Below, one piece after another: positions 17,963-27,495 of a DNA stretch of 60,945 nucleotides. This DNA comes from Thermoguttaceae bacterium. Its GTDB lineage: Bacteria; Planctomycetota; Planctomycetia; Pirellulales; Thermoguttaceae. The stretch is taken from assembly GCA_028694795.1 (NCBI GenBank), contig JAQVKF010000001.1:1-60945 (forward strand), given 5' to 3'. Every line of letters begins with the position of its first letter. Within the stretch, counting starts at the first letter, position 1. Below the pieces are notes generated by a model, which saw nothing but the letters and a program-made list of their open reading frames with translations, was not told where the DNA came from and did no database searches. The position numbers were made by a program, and so were the translations under genes.

Positions 17963-19330
17963 TCAATTTTCGAGAGGTTTGTCCGGATGCCCTGTTCGCA
18001 GGCGTTCCATCAGGAAACGCATCGCGTCACACAGCTCGCTAATGGCCTTCCGATTATGGTTGCGATTTGATGCCGCGACCGCCGCCTCATAGTGAACGCG
18101 GAATTTTTCCCAGTCAATGATCCAGCCAGACGCCTCGGACGCCTCTCGCAATTGAAGCGTCAATTTCGCTAATTTTTGTATAAACTCTGTACTATACGCA
18201 AGTTCTGTACGCGTATAAGGGCCATGCCCACGCAGTGTTTGGTACCAGGGTGGCGGTGGCGGTGGCGGCGTCATTCGCCAACGCATGACCATGCTGACCA
18301 CCATTCCCAACACCGTTCCCAGTGCCGTGGTAACCACGCCTCCGACCCAGCCCATCGGCGTAATACTGCCGATGAAAAGGCCCAAAATGAGTGCGAGGAT
18401 ACTGATCGTACCACCTACGAGCCAAGGCGTTTTGGAGATGGGCTGTGGCGGAAGCGGCGGATTGTTTTCCGGAATTTTGGTCTCTTCCGTTGATTCTGTC
18501 CCTTCGACCGTATCGGCCATCGCCGTATCGATTGATTCTTCGATACGAATGACGATGAGGGTAATGTTATCCGGTCCACCGCGTAAATTAGCTAGATCGA
18601 CCAACGTTTGAGCCGCTTCTTTTGGTGGAAAAAGACTGAGGATCGTGGCTATTTCGGGGTCGTGAACCGGTCCGGAAAGACCGTCGCTGCACATTAAAAA
18701 AGTATCGCCAGGAAGCGTCGGAATTGGGCCTTCCAGGTCGACTTGGACATCAGGACTCGGACCCAAAGAGCGTGTGATAATATTTTTGGGCACTCCATTG
18801 GGGAATCGTTCTGAAATGAATGCGCTCACGTGTTCGCCCGCCGCTCGTACTTCCCACGAAAGACTGTGATCAGAAGTCATCTGTTCCAATTGGTCGCCGC
18901 GTAAACGGTAAATACGACTGTCACCTACATGGCCAATGAGAACGCCTTCCGGCAAAACGACCAACGTACTGGTTGTGGTGCCCATGCCCTGAAAATCACG
19001 ATTGGCGTTTCCACGGATGTTGATTTGACGATTTGCTTCTTCGATCGCCGTGGTCAGAGCTTCCGGAGGCGAGAGTTCACGACGCTTGTCGTAAGTGAGA
19101 GGAATCCATTCCGAAGCCATTTTGCTGGCCATTTCACCCGCGGCGTGAGCACCCATACCATCGGCCACGAGAAAGAGATGGCCTCGAGATCGCCAATGGT
19201 CCTCACTGGCCGCAGGAACCGTCGCATACGAATCTTGATTGTTCGCTCGACGCAGCCCACGATCACTGAGCGCGGCATATTGCACGCATGACTGCCAATA
19301 TCGGCTTGAGGATTCCATATGCCGGACCAA
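17963..19330 (-). CDS. PP2C-family Ser/Thr protein phosphatase with transmembrane segments and a C-terminal helical domain
   Basis: PP2C motifs (LSDRGLRRANNQDS, FLVADGMGAHAAGEMAS, GDSRIYRL, MCSDGL, GGPDNITLIVIR). These are followed by a Pro-rich linker, two hydrophobic helices, PPPPPPP, and a ~90-aa helical tail. Confidence 0.9.
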   Translation of the reverse strand: MVRHMESSSRYWQSCVQYAALSDRGLRRANNQDSYATVPAASEDHWRSRGHLFLVADGMGAHAAGEMASKMASEWIPLTYDKRRELSPPEALTTAIEEANRQINIRGNANRDFQGMGTTTSTLVVLPEGVLIGHVGDSRIYRLRGDQLEQMTSDHSLSWEVRAAGEHVSAFISERFPNGVPKNIITRSLGPSPDVQVDLEGPIPTLPGDTFLMCSDGLSGPVHDPEIATILSLFPPKEAAQTLVDLANLRGGPDNITLIVIRIEESIDTAMADTVEGTESTEETKIPENNPPLPPQPISKTPWLVGGTISILALILGLFIGSITPMGWVGGVVTTALGTVLGMVVSMVMRWRMTPPPPPPPWYQTLRGHGPYTRTELAYSTEFIQKLAKLTLQLREASEASGWIIDWEKFRVHYEAAVAASNRNHNRKAISELCDAMRFLMERLRTGHPDKPLEN

Positions 19331-19759
19331 TGGGGCTAAAAAGACTAAAACTTATCTACCAACACGACCAACCGCAATTTTAACAGTATAATATGTCACA
19401 TCCAAGAGTACCAGACGTTCCAATCGCATTCATTCTAAATTTTGATCGTCATAGTCATTCTAATTGGAAATCTTGCCGTTTTAGAAAAAATGAGGATATC
19501 GAATCCGAACCTTTAATGCCGGGAATAGTCGAGGTCTGGAACGAAATACCACCATCGGCGGACGATGTCCAACGTCGCCGCAGGACCGCGAGAATACAGG
19601 CCGCCGCAACGCAAAATTGCTCTGGTAATCCCTTTTGCGATTGTGTATACTCCACCGCCCATGGTGGTGCATTCGGTTGATGGACCTCCGAATGAAAATG
19701 CGTAGGATTCACATTTTGCCCGTTTTTTCCACTTATTTCAAAGACATCATGAGAGAATC

Positions 19760-20416
19760 TTGATGAAGCGTCACGGCCACGAAAAAAAACAATCCTTTTA
19801 TTCGCACATGGAGTCGCGTTCCGCGAGTGGCTTGCAAGCGGCTCGCACGTTTGCTTTTCGGTGGTGCGTAATCGGTGTATTGTGTATGCTAAGTGGTGTA
19901 GGATGCGTTCAACGACGTTTGACGATTCGTTCGAATCCTCCCGGTGCGGTGGTCTATGTCGATAATCAGGAGATTGGCACGACTCCGATTTCGACGAACT
20001 TCCTGTTTTATGGACAACGGCATATTCGGCTAGTGAAAGACGGTTATGAAGAGATCGACGAAATGCGAGAGATTCGTGCCCCGTGGTATCAGCTGCCGGT
20101 AGTGGACATGGTTTCCGAAACGGTGGTTCCAGGCGAAATTCAGGATCGTCGTACGCTTCAATATACATTGAAATCGAAACAACAGACGACGGGTAACCAG
20201 TTGTTGAATGAGGCAGAACAGTTCCGAGCGACGACACGTTCTCCGAGTGCGTCGATTTACGCTCCGTCACAATCACTAGCGATACCATCGACCGCAGCTG
20301 GCGGCGGACAGCCGATGCCCCCCGCGAGTGGACTTGCGCCGAATGGTACCGTTTCCACCATACCCACGACTCCGGACAGCGGACTGACTGTGCCGACTTA
20401 TTCTGGCCCTTATTAG
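19760..20416 (+). CDS. PEGA-domain protein (probable lipoprotein/secreted)
   Basis: A hydrophobic signal-like segment ending ...LSGVGC, then the PEGA motif RLTIRSNPPGAVVYVDNQEIGTTP..., and a low-complexity P/S/T C-terminus. Confidence 0.8.
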   Translation: MMKRHGHEKKQSFYSHMESRSASGLQAARTFAFRWCVIGVLCMLSGVGCVQRRLTIRSNPPGAVVYVDNQEIGTTPISTNFLFYGQRHIRLVKDGYEEIDEMREIRAPWYQLPVVDMVSETVVPGEIQDRRTLQYTLKSKQQTTGNQLLNEAEQFRATTRSPSASIYAPSQSLAIPSTAAGGGQPMPPASGLAPNGTVSTIPTTPDSGLTVPTYSGPY

Positions 20417-20429
20417 CGGTCGGCGGTGA

Positions 20430-20454
20430 GGGCAACGTAAGGACGTTGCGTCCC
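20430..20454 (+). terminator. Hairpin after the PEGA gene (weak terminator candidate)
   Basis: Perfect 7-bp stem GCAACGT (20432-20438) / ACGTTGC (20443-20449) with tetraloop AAGG. No immediate T-run. Confidence 0.3.
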
Positions 20455-20596
20455 AATTCATACTTTTTACTAGACGGTGATTGTGCAAACTTTTTGCCAA
20501 ACGGTGGTGATTTCAACCGGGTAGACAGGTATGCAAATCCGTTCGGAAGGTCATTTCGTTCCCGGTTCTCACTAGTCGAATATTCACTAAATATTC

Positions 20597-20630
20597 CACT
20601 CCAACCCGCCTGCGCGGCGGGTCAGGAGGT
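20597..20630 (-). repeat. REP-like hairpin repeat, copy 3
   Basis: The reverse complement reads CCTCCTGACCCGCCGCGCAGGCGGGTTGGAGTGGAA. It shares ...CGGGTTGGAGT.GAA with copy 1 and has the perfect stem ACCCGCC/GGCGGGT. Confidence 0.5.
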
Positions 20631-20687
20631 TTTCTTATTGGACATTGACGCTACCAATGTCAGGTAAAACGGTAGCCGCACCATGTG

Positions 20688-20726
20688 GCCAGGCCGCTTG
20701 CAACGCAAGCCGTGAGGGAGGTAAAA
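20688..20726 (-). repeat. REP-like hairpin repeat, copy 4
   Basis: The reverse complement reads TTTTACCTCCCTCACGGCTTGCGTTGCAAGCGGCCTGG. It matches copy 1 (TTTTATCTCCCTCCCGGCTTGC.....AAGCGGTCGGG) and copy 2, with the perfect stem GCTTGC/GCAAGC. Confidence 0.55.
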
Positions 20727-20904
20727 GGTGTTTCATTCCCTATTTCTTGCAAAGATTGGTTGGAGGGGTGAAAAAAATGGGAAATTTATTCGTTACACCT
20801 ATAGCATTCACTGGAAATATACGTCATACTGTAGATACTATAGGGTAATGGTCCATAACATAATAGGGTATTTTCAAGGCGTCCCCTGAACGAAGACGCT
20901 TCCG

Positions 20905-23900
20905 GTGGCTGGAATGATGACAGAAACCATGATGATTCAATTGCGGAGTTTGGCTCGTAGTTTGGGCCTTCCGTTACGACAGATCGAAGCAGTGGTGTCC
21001 CTGCTTGATGAAGGAAACACAACCCCATTTATCGCTCGTTACCGTCGAGACGAAACTGGTGGCCTCGACGAGGAAACGGTTCGGCAAGTCCGAAGTCGCT
21101 TAAAGAAGCTCCGTGCCTTGTCTGACCGTCGAGAGACTATTCTCCACGCCATCGAAGCCCAGGGGAAACTTACGGAAGAACTGACGCATCTGCTTGAAAA
21201 TGCCAGTAACTCTCGTCGTTTAGAGGATGTTTATCTGCCCTACAAACCGAAAAAACAGACTCCAGCGACTCAATCGCGTGAGCGTGGTTTGGGTGTGTTG
21301 GCGGACGAAATTCTTGCTGGCACAATTCCAGCAGACCAGCTTGAACAGCGTGCGGAATCCTTTGTCAGTCAGGACCTGAAGGTGTTGACCGCAGCGGAAG
21401 CTCTGAATGGTGCTTCACAGATTCTCGCGGAACGTTATAGCGAAGATTCCGAATTGCGGCAAATATTACGTGAAATGCTCCAACGTACTGGGCGTTTGGT
21501 TTCTATGGCTGTCGAGCCGAAACCGGTTGCGGCTGCTCCTACAGAAGAACAAACGGATGGCGTGGAAGAAGCGGATGCGGTGGAATCGGTTGCGGATTCG
21601 ACAGCTAGTACTGGAGATGCCAGTGACGATTTGACGTCCGCTGTTTTGGAAGCGGTTTCCGAGCAAGCCGTAGCGACGGATTCCGCTGTGGTTGATTCGT
21701 CGGCGACTTCACAGGTTGTGGTGAGTGCGGTGGATGCGGCTCCAGTGGTCCAATCGGATGTTCAAGCGGCTGTTTCAGAAGATGCGGTACACGAGTGTTG
21801 CGGTCAGACGCCGCATGATCCGTCGGTTTCCATGGTGGATGCAACCGCCGCGGTTGGGGCCACGGTGGTGAAATCGGAAGCGACCTCGCAAGGAGTCGTA
21901 CTTCCCGCTTCAGAACCGCTCTGTGAACAGGCGGCGGTCGCGACGGGGACTGATGTGGCGGTTTCTGAAGCCGATGGGGTAGTTTCTGCGGCGGTAGTTT
22001 TTTCCACTACGGAGGATGTCGTTGCGTCAGAGGCCTCGGCAGAAGCGGTGAGGGGCGTATCGGCGGAATCTTCCAACTCAGAACGAGGAGGAAAGCCTGC
22101 GGGAGCAAAAGCGGCTCGGCGTGCGGCGAAGAAGGAAAAAGACGCCAAGAAGAGTGACGCGGAACAACAGCGTAAGTTGCGTGTTTATTCGGAATACTTC
22201 CAATTTTCGGAAGATATTCGCCGTATTGCACCGCACCGTGTATTGGCGATTTTCCGCGGTGAGAGTGCGAATTTGCTCAAGGCGAATGTCGTGGGTGATA
22301 ATGATGCGATGGTTGCGCAAGCGGAAGCCAAGCTGGTTCCGGTAGATCACCCACAGGCGGAATTTCTCAAAAACAGTGTGAAAGAAGCGGTCATTCGTTT
22401 AGTGTTACCGGGGCTGGAACGCGAGGCTCGCCGCGAGCTTGCGGAGCGTTCAGAAGCTCATGCGGTGGAGGTTTTTGCGCGGAATCTGCGAGCGTTTTTG
22501 CTTCAGCCGCCGATTCGTGGGCACCGATTACTGGCCTTGGCTCCGGGGTTCCGTCAGGGAGCCAAAATCGTCGTGTTGGACAAAGATGGGATGCCGTTGG
22601 ATTCCGGTGTCGTGTCGCTTGTCGGTAAGGGTGAGCGTCGAGAGGAAGCACGCAAGACAATCGCGGGAATCGTCTCGAAGTATGACATTACGATCATCGC
22701 GATTGGTAATGGAGCGGGTTGTCGTGAGGCGGAAACTTTTGTCGAAGAGGTTTTCCACAACGAACTTGCCGAGAGCGAGGTGGTCTGTACACTCGTGAAC
22801 GAAGTGGGTTCTGGAGCTTATTCGACGAGTCAAGAAGCTCGCGAAGAGCTTCCGAATTACGACGCAAGTATTCGTGCGGCGATCACGTTGGGCCGTCGGT
22901 TGCTGGATCCGATCAGCGAATATGTCAAAATCGAGCCTGCCAATTTGGGTGTGGGGCTGTACCAATACGATGTTCGAGCGAAACATCTTCGTGAGCTGTT
23001 GGATGAGGCGGTGACGGCGTGTGTGAGCCAAGTAGGAGTTGATTTGAATCGAGCGGTGCCGGCGAATCTTCGCTATATTGCCGGATTGAATCGTTTGATT
23101 GCCCGTAAGATTTACGATTACCGCATGGCGAATGGTCCATTTACGAATCGAGAGCAGGTGAAACAGGTTCCCGGTCTGACGGAAGATGCCTGGATACAGT
23201 CAATTGGTTTCTTGCGTATTTACGGTGGCGATCAGCCGCTGGATGGTACGTCGGTGCATCCGCAACAATATGCGTTAGCAACGCAACTATTGGAACGAGC
23301 GGGAGTTGCGCCGGAAGAGATTGGTACGGTGGAAGCGATAGCCAAATGGGATGTCGCGATTGCGAATTGGAATTTTGACACCATGGCGACGGAATTGAAT
23401 ACCGGTGCCTATACGATTCGTGAGATTTTTGAGTCATTGTACAATCCGATGTACGACATTCGCGAAGAGATGCCGAAGCCAGTGTTTAAGCGAGGTACGG
23501 TCCAACTGGATCAGCTTTCGCCGGGTATGGAACTGGTGGGTACGGTGTTGAATATTGTGGATTTTGGCGCGTTTGTAGATATTGGCATGCACGACAGCGG
23601 CCTAGTCCATGTCAGTCAGTTGGCTGATCGATTTGTGCGTGACCCGCAAGAAGTGGTTTCCGTGGGGGATGTGGTCAAAGTCTGGGTGATGGAAGTGAAT
23701 TCTGATCACCATCGTGTTTCTTTGACGATGATTCCGCCGGGGGCGTCTCGTTCGGCGAGCAATCGACGCAGTGGTCGAGGCGTGTCAATGGCGGCTCCGC
23801 GGGTGGAAGATGGACCACGAGACGTGTCGGAAGAGCGTCCGCGAAACGGTGTTGGGCGTCGACGCGAGCCGAGTCGGGATAATTGTGGTGACTCGAGAGG

Positions 23901-24342
23901 TGATCGGGGTGGTCGTCCTGTGCGTGATGCTGGTCGTGACGGTTGTGGTACGGATGCGGCGCGTGGTGCGAACCGAGGGCGTTCCGCAGATGGACGCGGT
24001 TCGTCAGAAAACCGCGGTGAAGGGCGAAGTGAGCGTCGAAGTGGACGTCGTACGGAGGCTCATGTTGGTACCTATGTAACTAAGCCGACACCGGCACCAG
24101 CGAAACCGCTTAGTGAAGAAGTGCGAACGGGGAAGGCTCCGATGCGTAGTTTTGCCGATTTGGTGCAATTCTATGGGAAAAAAGATTCCGAAGAAACTGG
24201 AGTGGTGGAAGGTACGGTGACTGAAACGCCAGTCGTGGAAGCTGTACCTGCGGTGGAGACGGTTCCCGTCGTGGACGCGGTGCCAGAACGGCCTGAGAAT
24301 GAGGAATCTTCCACGACAGGGGGAGATTTCACAGAGGCGTAG
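20905..24342 (+). CDS. tex: Tex-like transcription accessory protein (S1 RNA-binding domain) with a large internal insertion and an R/G-rich C-terminal tail
   Basis: N-terminal Tex signature (IEAVVSLLDEGNTTPFIARYRRDETGGLDEE), a YqgF/RuvC-like segment (ALAPGFRQGAKIVVLDKDG...IAIGNGAGCRE), HhH segments, and an S1 domain (GMELVGTVLNIVDFGAFVDIGMHDSGLVHVSQL...GDVVKVWVMEVN). At 1,145 aa it is well above the roughly 750 aa I recall as typical for Tex. Confidence 0.9.
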   Translation: MAGMMTETMMIQLRSLARSLGLPLRQIEAVVSLLDEGNTTPFIARYRRDETGGLDEETVRQVRSRLKKLRALSDRRETILHAIEAQGKLTEELTHLLENASNSRRLEDVYLPYKPKKQTPATQSRERGLGVLADEILAGTIPADQLEQRAESFVSQDLKVLTAAEALNGASQILAERYSEDSELRQILREMLQRTGRLVSMAVEPKPVAAAPTEEQTDGVEEADAVESVADSTASTGDASDDLTSAVLEAVSEQAVATDSAVVDSSATSQVVVSAVDAAPVVQSDVQAAVSEDAVHECCGQTPHDPSVSMVDATAAVGATVVKSEATSQGVVLPASEPLCEQAAVATGTDVAVSEADGVVSAAVVFSTTEDVVASEASAEAVRGVSAESSNSERGGKPAGAKAARRAAKKEKDAKKSDAEQQRKLRVYSEYFQFSEDIRRIAPHRVLAIFRGESANLLKANVVGDNDAMVAQAEAKLVPVDHPQAEFLKNSVKEAVIRLVLPGLEREARRELAERSEAHAVEVFARNLRAFLLQPPIRGHRLLALAPGFRQGAKIVVLDKDGMPLDSGVVSLVGKGERREEARKTIAGIVSKYDITIIAIGNGAGCREAETFVEEVFHNELAESEVVCTLVNEVGSGAYSTSQEAREELPNYDASIRAAITLGRRLLDPISEYVKIEPANLGVGLYQYDVRAKHLRELLDEAVTACVSQVGVDLNRAVPANLRYIAGLNRLIARKIYDYRMANGPFTNREQVKQVPGLTEDAWIQSIGFLRIYGGDQPLDGTSVHPQQYALATQLLERAGVAPEEIGTVEAIAKWDVAIANWNFDTMATELNTGAYTIREIFESLYNPMYDIREEMPKPVFKRGTVQLDQLSPGMELVGTVLNIVDFGAFVDIGMHDSGLVHVSQLADRFVRDPQEVVSVGDVVKVWVMEVNSDHHRVSLTMIPPGASRSASNRRSGRGVSMAAPRVEDGPRDVSEERPRNGVGRRREPSRDNCGDSRGDRGGRPVRDAGRDGCGTDAARGANRGRSADGRGSSENRGEGRSERRSGRRTEAHVGTYVTKPTPAPAKPLSEEVRTGKAPMRSFADLVQFYGKKDSEETGVVEGTVTETPVVEAVPAVETVPVVDAVPERPENEESSTTGGDFTEA

Positions 24343-24525
24343 AGGCGGAAAATACGAGAGGGTGCCGGCTTTTGAGTTGGCATCCTCTGATTAGTTTAGG
24401 GTTGGACGATCTGTTGTACGGGGAAGGGAATAGATTTTGGCGACGAAAGTTGGAAAAATCCATTTGCGGACTTGTCAAACAGATTCTATTTGCGAGCAGA
24501 ACAAGGCGGTTTTTTGGAGAAATAG

Positions 24526-25275
24526 ATGACAGCACCCACTGTTTCCAACAGTACATTGCAAGCACTTCATCGGATTCATCGAAGATTGTATGAGCTTCGT
24601 GAGCGTTTGCAGATGGGGCCGCGGGTAGCGGCGGTGTTTCAGAAGAAAATTCTTGAAGCGACACAATTGTTGGAACAGCAGTGTGAAACGTTGCAGTTGT
24701 TACAATTAAAAGCGTCGCAAAAACAAGAGTCGTTAAAACTTCGTGAGGCCGAGTTGGAGCGACGTAAGCGGCAGCTGATGGAGGCGAAAAGCAACACCGA
24801 GTACAAGGCGTTGCAGGACCAGATTGCGGCGGATGGTTCCGCGTCGGAGGTGTTGGAACTTGAGACGCTTGACGCGATGGAGCGTGTCGATAAGCAAAAA
24901 CTCGAAATCGAAGGAACGGTCGCTCTCATCGAGAAAAAGAAGGTGGATGCCCAGCGACATATCGATGAATATGCGCGGATCGCTCCCGGTCTCAAGGTGG
25001 ATATCGCCAAGCTTGAAGAGGAACAGCGGCATGAAGAGGCCAAACTTCCGAGTGAGTTTAACGCCATGTATCAGCGGGTGCTGCGAAGCAAAGGCGTTGA
25101 CTCATTCGCTTCGTTAGATGGTCGTTCTTGTTCCGGATGCCATACACAAATCACGCTTCAGATGTACTCCGAGATGGTGGGCGGTCAGTTCCACTTTTGT
25201 CGAGCCTGCGGACGTATTCTCTATCTACCAGATAGTTTTACGCAAGAAAATTTCCTTCATGAATCGAAAAAATAA
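24526..25275 (+). CDS. Coiled-coil plus C4 zinc-ribbon protein (COG1579-like)
   Basis: A long heptad-rich region followed by CSGCHTQI...FCRACGRILY. The architecture is typical of the COG1579/DUF164-type zinc-ribbon family. Confidence 0.75.
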   Translation: MTAPTVSNSTLQALHRIHRRLYELRERLQMGPRVAAVFQKKILEATQLLEQQCETLQLLQLKASQKQESLKLREAELERRKRQLMEAKSNTEYKALQDQIAADGSASEVLELETLDAMERVDKQKLEIEGTVALIEKKKVDAQRHIDEYARIAPGLKVDIAKLEEEQRHEEAKLPSEFNAMYQRVLRSKGVDSFASLDGRSCSGCHTQITLQMYSEMVGGQFHFCRACGRILYLPDSFTQENFLHESKK

Positions 25276-25365
25276 GGTGCGGGACTGGAAGAAATAGGGG
25301 GACGAGGTAACAGACGGATGGCACGTGATCAGAGTGGATGATCAAAAATCCGGAGAGTAACCAAA

Positions 25366-26277
25366 ATGGAGTGCAATAAACCATCGGGCACTGTGGAATC
25401 GAATGCGTGGGAGAGCGAACTTTCCAAGCGGTTGGAACAGGCAAAATTTGACGCTTTGGCCGAATTTGCCGCAGGGGCAGGGCATGAGATCAACAATCCT
25501 CTGGCGGTGATTTCAGGACGCGCCCAACTTCTACTTGCCACGGAGCGGGACGATGATCGTCGTTCCGAATTGAGTCGGATTATCGCCCAGGCTCGCCGGG
25601 CACACGAGATGATTGCCGATCTTCGGTTACTTGGACGACCTCCCAAATTGCAGCCAAAGCGATTGGACTTGGTGGCACTCATAGACCAATTTGTGAAGGA
25701 ATTTACCCACTTTTTAGCGTCCGAATCGAAGCGTACTGCCAATGCTTCAAAAGTGACACTCGATTGGCAGTCTCCCGCGTTGCCCATATTTCTTTGTTTG
25801 GACGCTGACGTAACTCTGACGATTTTACACGCTGTGACGAAAAATGCGATGGAATCTATTTTGCGGACGTGGTCGGAGCTTTCAGGGGATTCGGATGCGA
25901 TCCCTGAGGCGGAACCGACTCGCGATTCTGCCGAGACAACCGGTCAGGGGCCATGGACCCGGATTCGTCTGTCGCTTTCGCAGGAAACGGTCCTGCAACA
26001 GGAGGCCATCGTGCGGCTGGATATCTCGGATTGGGGGGAAAGTATTCCGTCCGAGGTGCGTGAACATCTTTTCGATCCATTTTATTCCGGGCGTCAGTCC
26101 GGACGCGGCCTGGGGTTCGGCCTGAGCAAGGCAAAACGGCTAATGGATCGAATGGGAGGAACGCTTAGTGTGCACACGACCTCCACCGTCGCTCCGAACT
26201 TTTGTGGGGCTGGTGCAAAGCGCACGCCTCACCACCAAATCACTTTCCGTCTCGAATGGCCCATGCGGGAATCATGA
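25366..26277 (+). CDS. Histidine kinase (HisKA + HATPase_c only; no sensor or TM domain visible)
   Basis: H-box FAAGAGHEINNPLAVISGRAQLL. N-box-like ...ILHAVTKNAMESI... G-boxes DSGESIP...FDPFYSG and GRGLGFGLSKAKRLMDRMGG. Confidence 0.85.
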   Translation: MECNKPSGTVESNAWESELSKRLEQAKFDALAEFAAGAGHEINNPLAVISGRAQLLLATERDDDRRSELSRIIAQARRAHEMIADLRLLGRPPKLQPKRLDLVALIDQFVKEFTHFLASESKRTANASKVTLDWQSPALPIFLCLDADVTLTILHAVTKNAMESILRTWSELSGDSDAIPEAEPTRDSAETTGQGPWTRIRLSLSQETVLQQEAIVRLDISDWGESIPSEVREHLFDPFYSGRQSGRGLGFGLSKAKRLMDRMGGTLSVHTTSTVAPNFCGAGAKRTPHHQITFRLEWPMRES

Positions 26278-26365
26278 TTTGCCGAACGAATTCATCATTT
26301 GTGGAACTACACTGTGAAGGAAAACCGCCACGGGGAGGGGCGAAATAGGTTGTTGGGTTTGCCCC

Positions 26366-26803
26366 TTAGTTTTCGTCTTCTTCCATGTTAGCGATGTAGA
26401 TACGCAACCGTTCGAGTTCATCGGTCACATCGCGCAGCTTGAGCAGATTACTTACACGTTTGAGCAGTTCGACCTTTTGCACTGGTTTACTCAGAAAATC
26501 GTCGCAGCCAACCTCAACCGCACGTTGAATATCGTTCGGCTCGTTCAACGCGGTGACCATCAAAATCATAATGCCTTGCGTGGCGGGATCTTCCTTCAAT
26601 TTTTGGCAGACTTCAAACCCGCTGATTTTGGGCATCATAATGTCGAGCAAGATCAGGTCTGGATGGAATTGGGCAACTTTATCGAGCGTATCTTGTCCAT
26701 CAATCGCAATCTCAAGATCGCAATCGACCTCCGCAAGATAAGCATCTAACAGTTCTACGTTCGTTGGATTATCGTCGGCAATCAAAATACGATTCGTTGG
26801 CAT
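26366..26803 (-). CDS. Single-domain response regulator (CheY-like receiver)
   Basis: ILIADDNPTNVELL...DLILLDIMMPKISGFEV...ILMVTAL...DFLSKP. 145 aa with no output domain. Confidence 0.9.
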   Translation of the reverse strand: MPTNRILIADDNPTNVELLDAYLAEVDCDLEIAIDGQDTLDKVAQFHPDLILLDIMMPKISGFEVCQKLKEDPATQGIMILMVTALNEPNDIQRAVEVGCDDFLSKPVQKVELLKRVSNLLKLRDVTDELERLRIYIANMEEDEN

Positions 26804-26937
26804 GGTGCTCTCTTTCGATTCCTGATGTTGGATTATACGGCCCTCATGGAATATCTGCCATCCGAATGGATTTGCAGAAAGAACCTATCATAACCGATTT
26901 ATCGAATTTTTCCAATCAAACAATATTGAGGAAAAAG

Positions 26938-27426
26938 TTACTCTTCGTCGCTTGGTTCGCCAAAATTGCGGAGCGAATCGAGAAAAGCCGCATATTTTTC
27001 ACCCTCTGCACTGATGGTGACCTGTCGGGTAGTGGGACTCAAAATGTCGATCTGGATCGTAACTCGTTCGGAAGGCAGAAGATGTTCGAATTTATCGGCC
27101 CATTCGAGCAATGTAATTCCATCGCTCTCAAAATACTCATCTGGACCGAGATTCTGAAATTCCATATCGCGATCCAGACGATAGAGATCGAAATGGTAAA
27201 GATTCCGATCTCCATAGTATTCCTGGATCAAGACGAACGTAGGGCTGGTGACTTCGGTGGGAACGATTCCACATGCGGCCGCGATTGCCTGTGTCAATCG
27301 CGTTTTGCCAGCTCCTAAGGTACCGATCAGAGCGACAACCGACCCATCCGGCAATGCTCTAGCCAGTAATGCCCCTAATTGGTCCATATCCTCAAACGAA
27401 AAAATAGAGAAAATGTATTTTACCAT
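26938..27426 (-). CDS. tsaE: tRNA N6-threonylcarbamoyladenosine (t6A) biosynthesis ATPase TsaE
   Basis: GTLGAGKTRLTQAIA...VTSPTFVLIQEY...LYHFDLYRL...GITLLEW. Confidence 0.9.
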   Translation of the reverse strand: MVKYIFSIFSFEDMDQLGALLARALPDGSVVALIGTLGAGKTRLTQAIAAACGIVPTEVTSPTFVLIQEYYGDRNLYHFDLYRLDRDMEFQNLGPDEYFESDGITLLEWADKFEHLLPSERVTIQIDILSPTTRQVTISAEGEKYAAFLDSLRNFGEPSDEE

Positions 27427-27495
27427 GGATTTATGTTTTCATTAGGGGAACATCTGATTCCAACGAAAAATGAAAGGACATTCGTAAATACCCGT

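Noticed and set aside
19455-20516. A 353-aa minus-strand ORF covering the PEGA gene region.
   Set aside because: It has S/R/H-rich composition and no motif. It fully overlaps the + strand ORF, which carries a clear signal-like segment and PEGA motif. I treat it as a shadow ORF.
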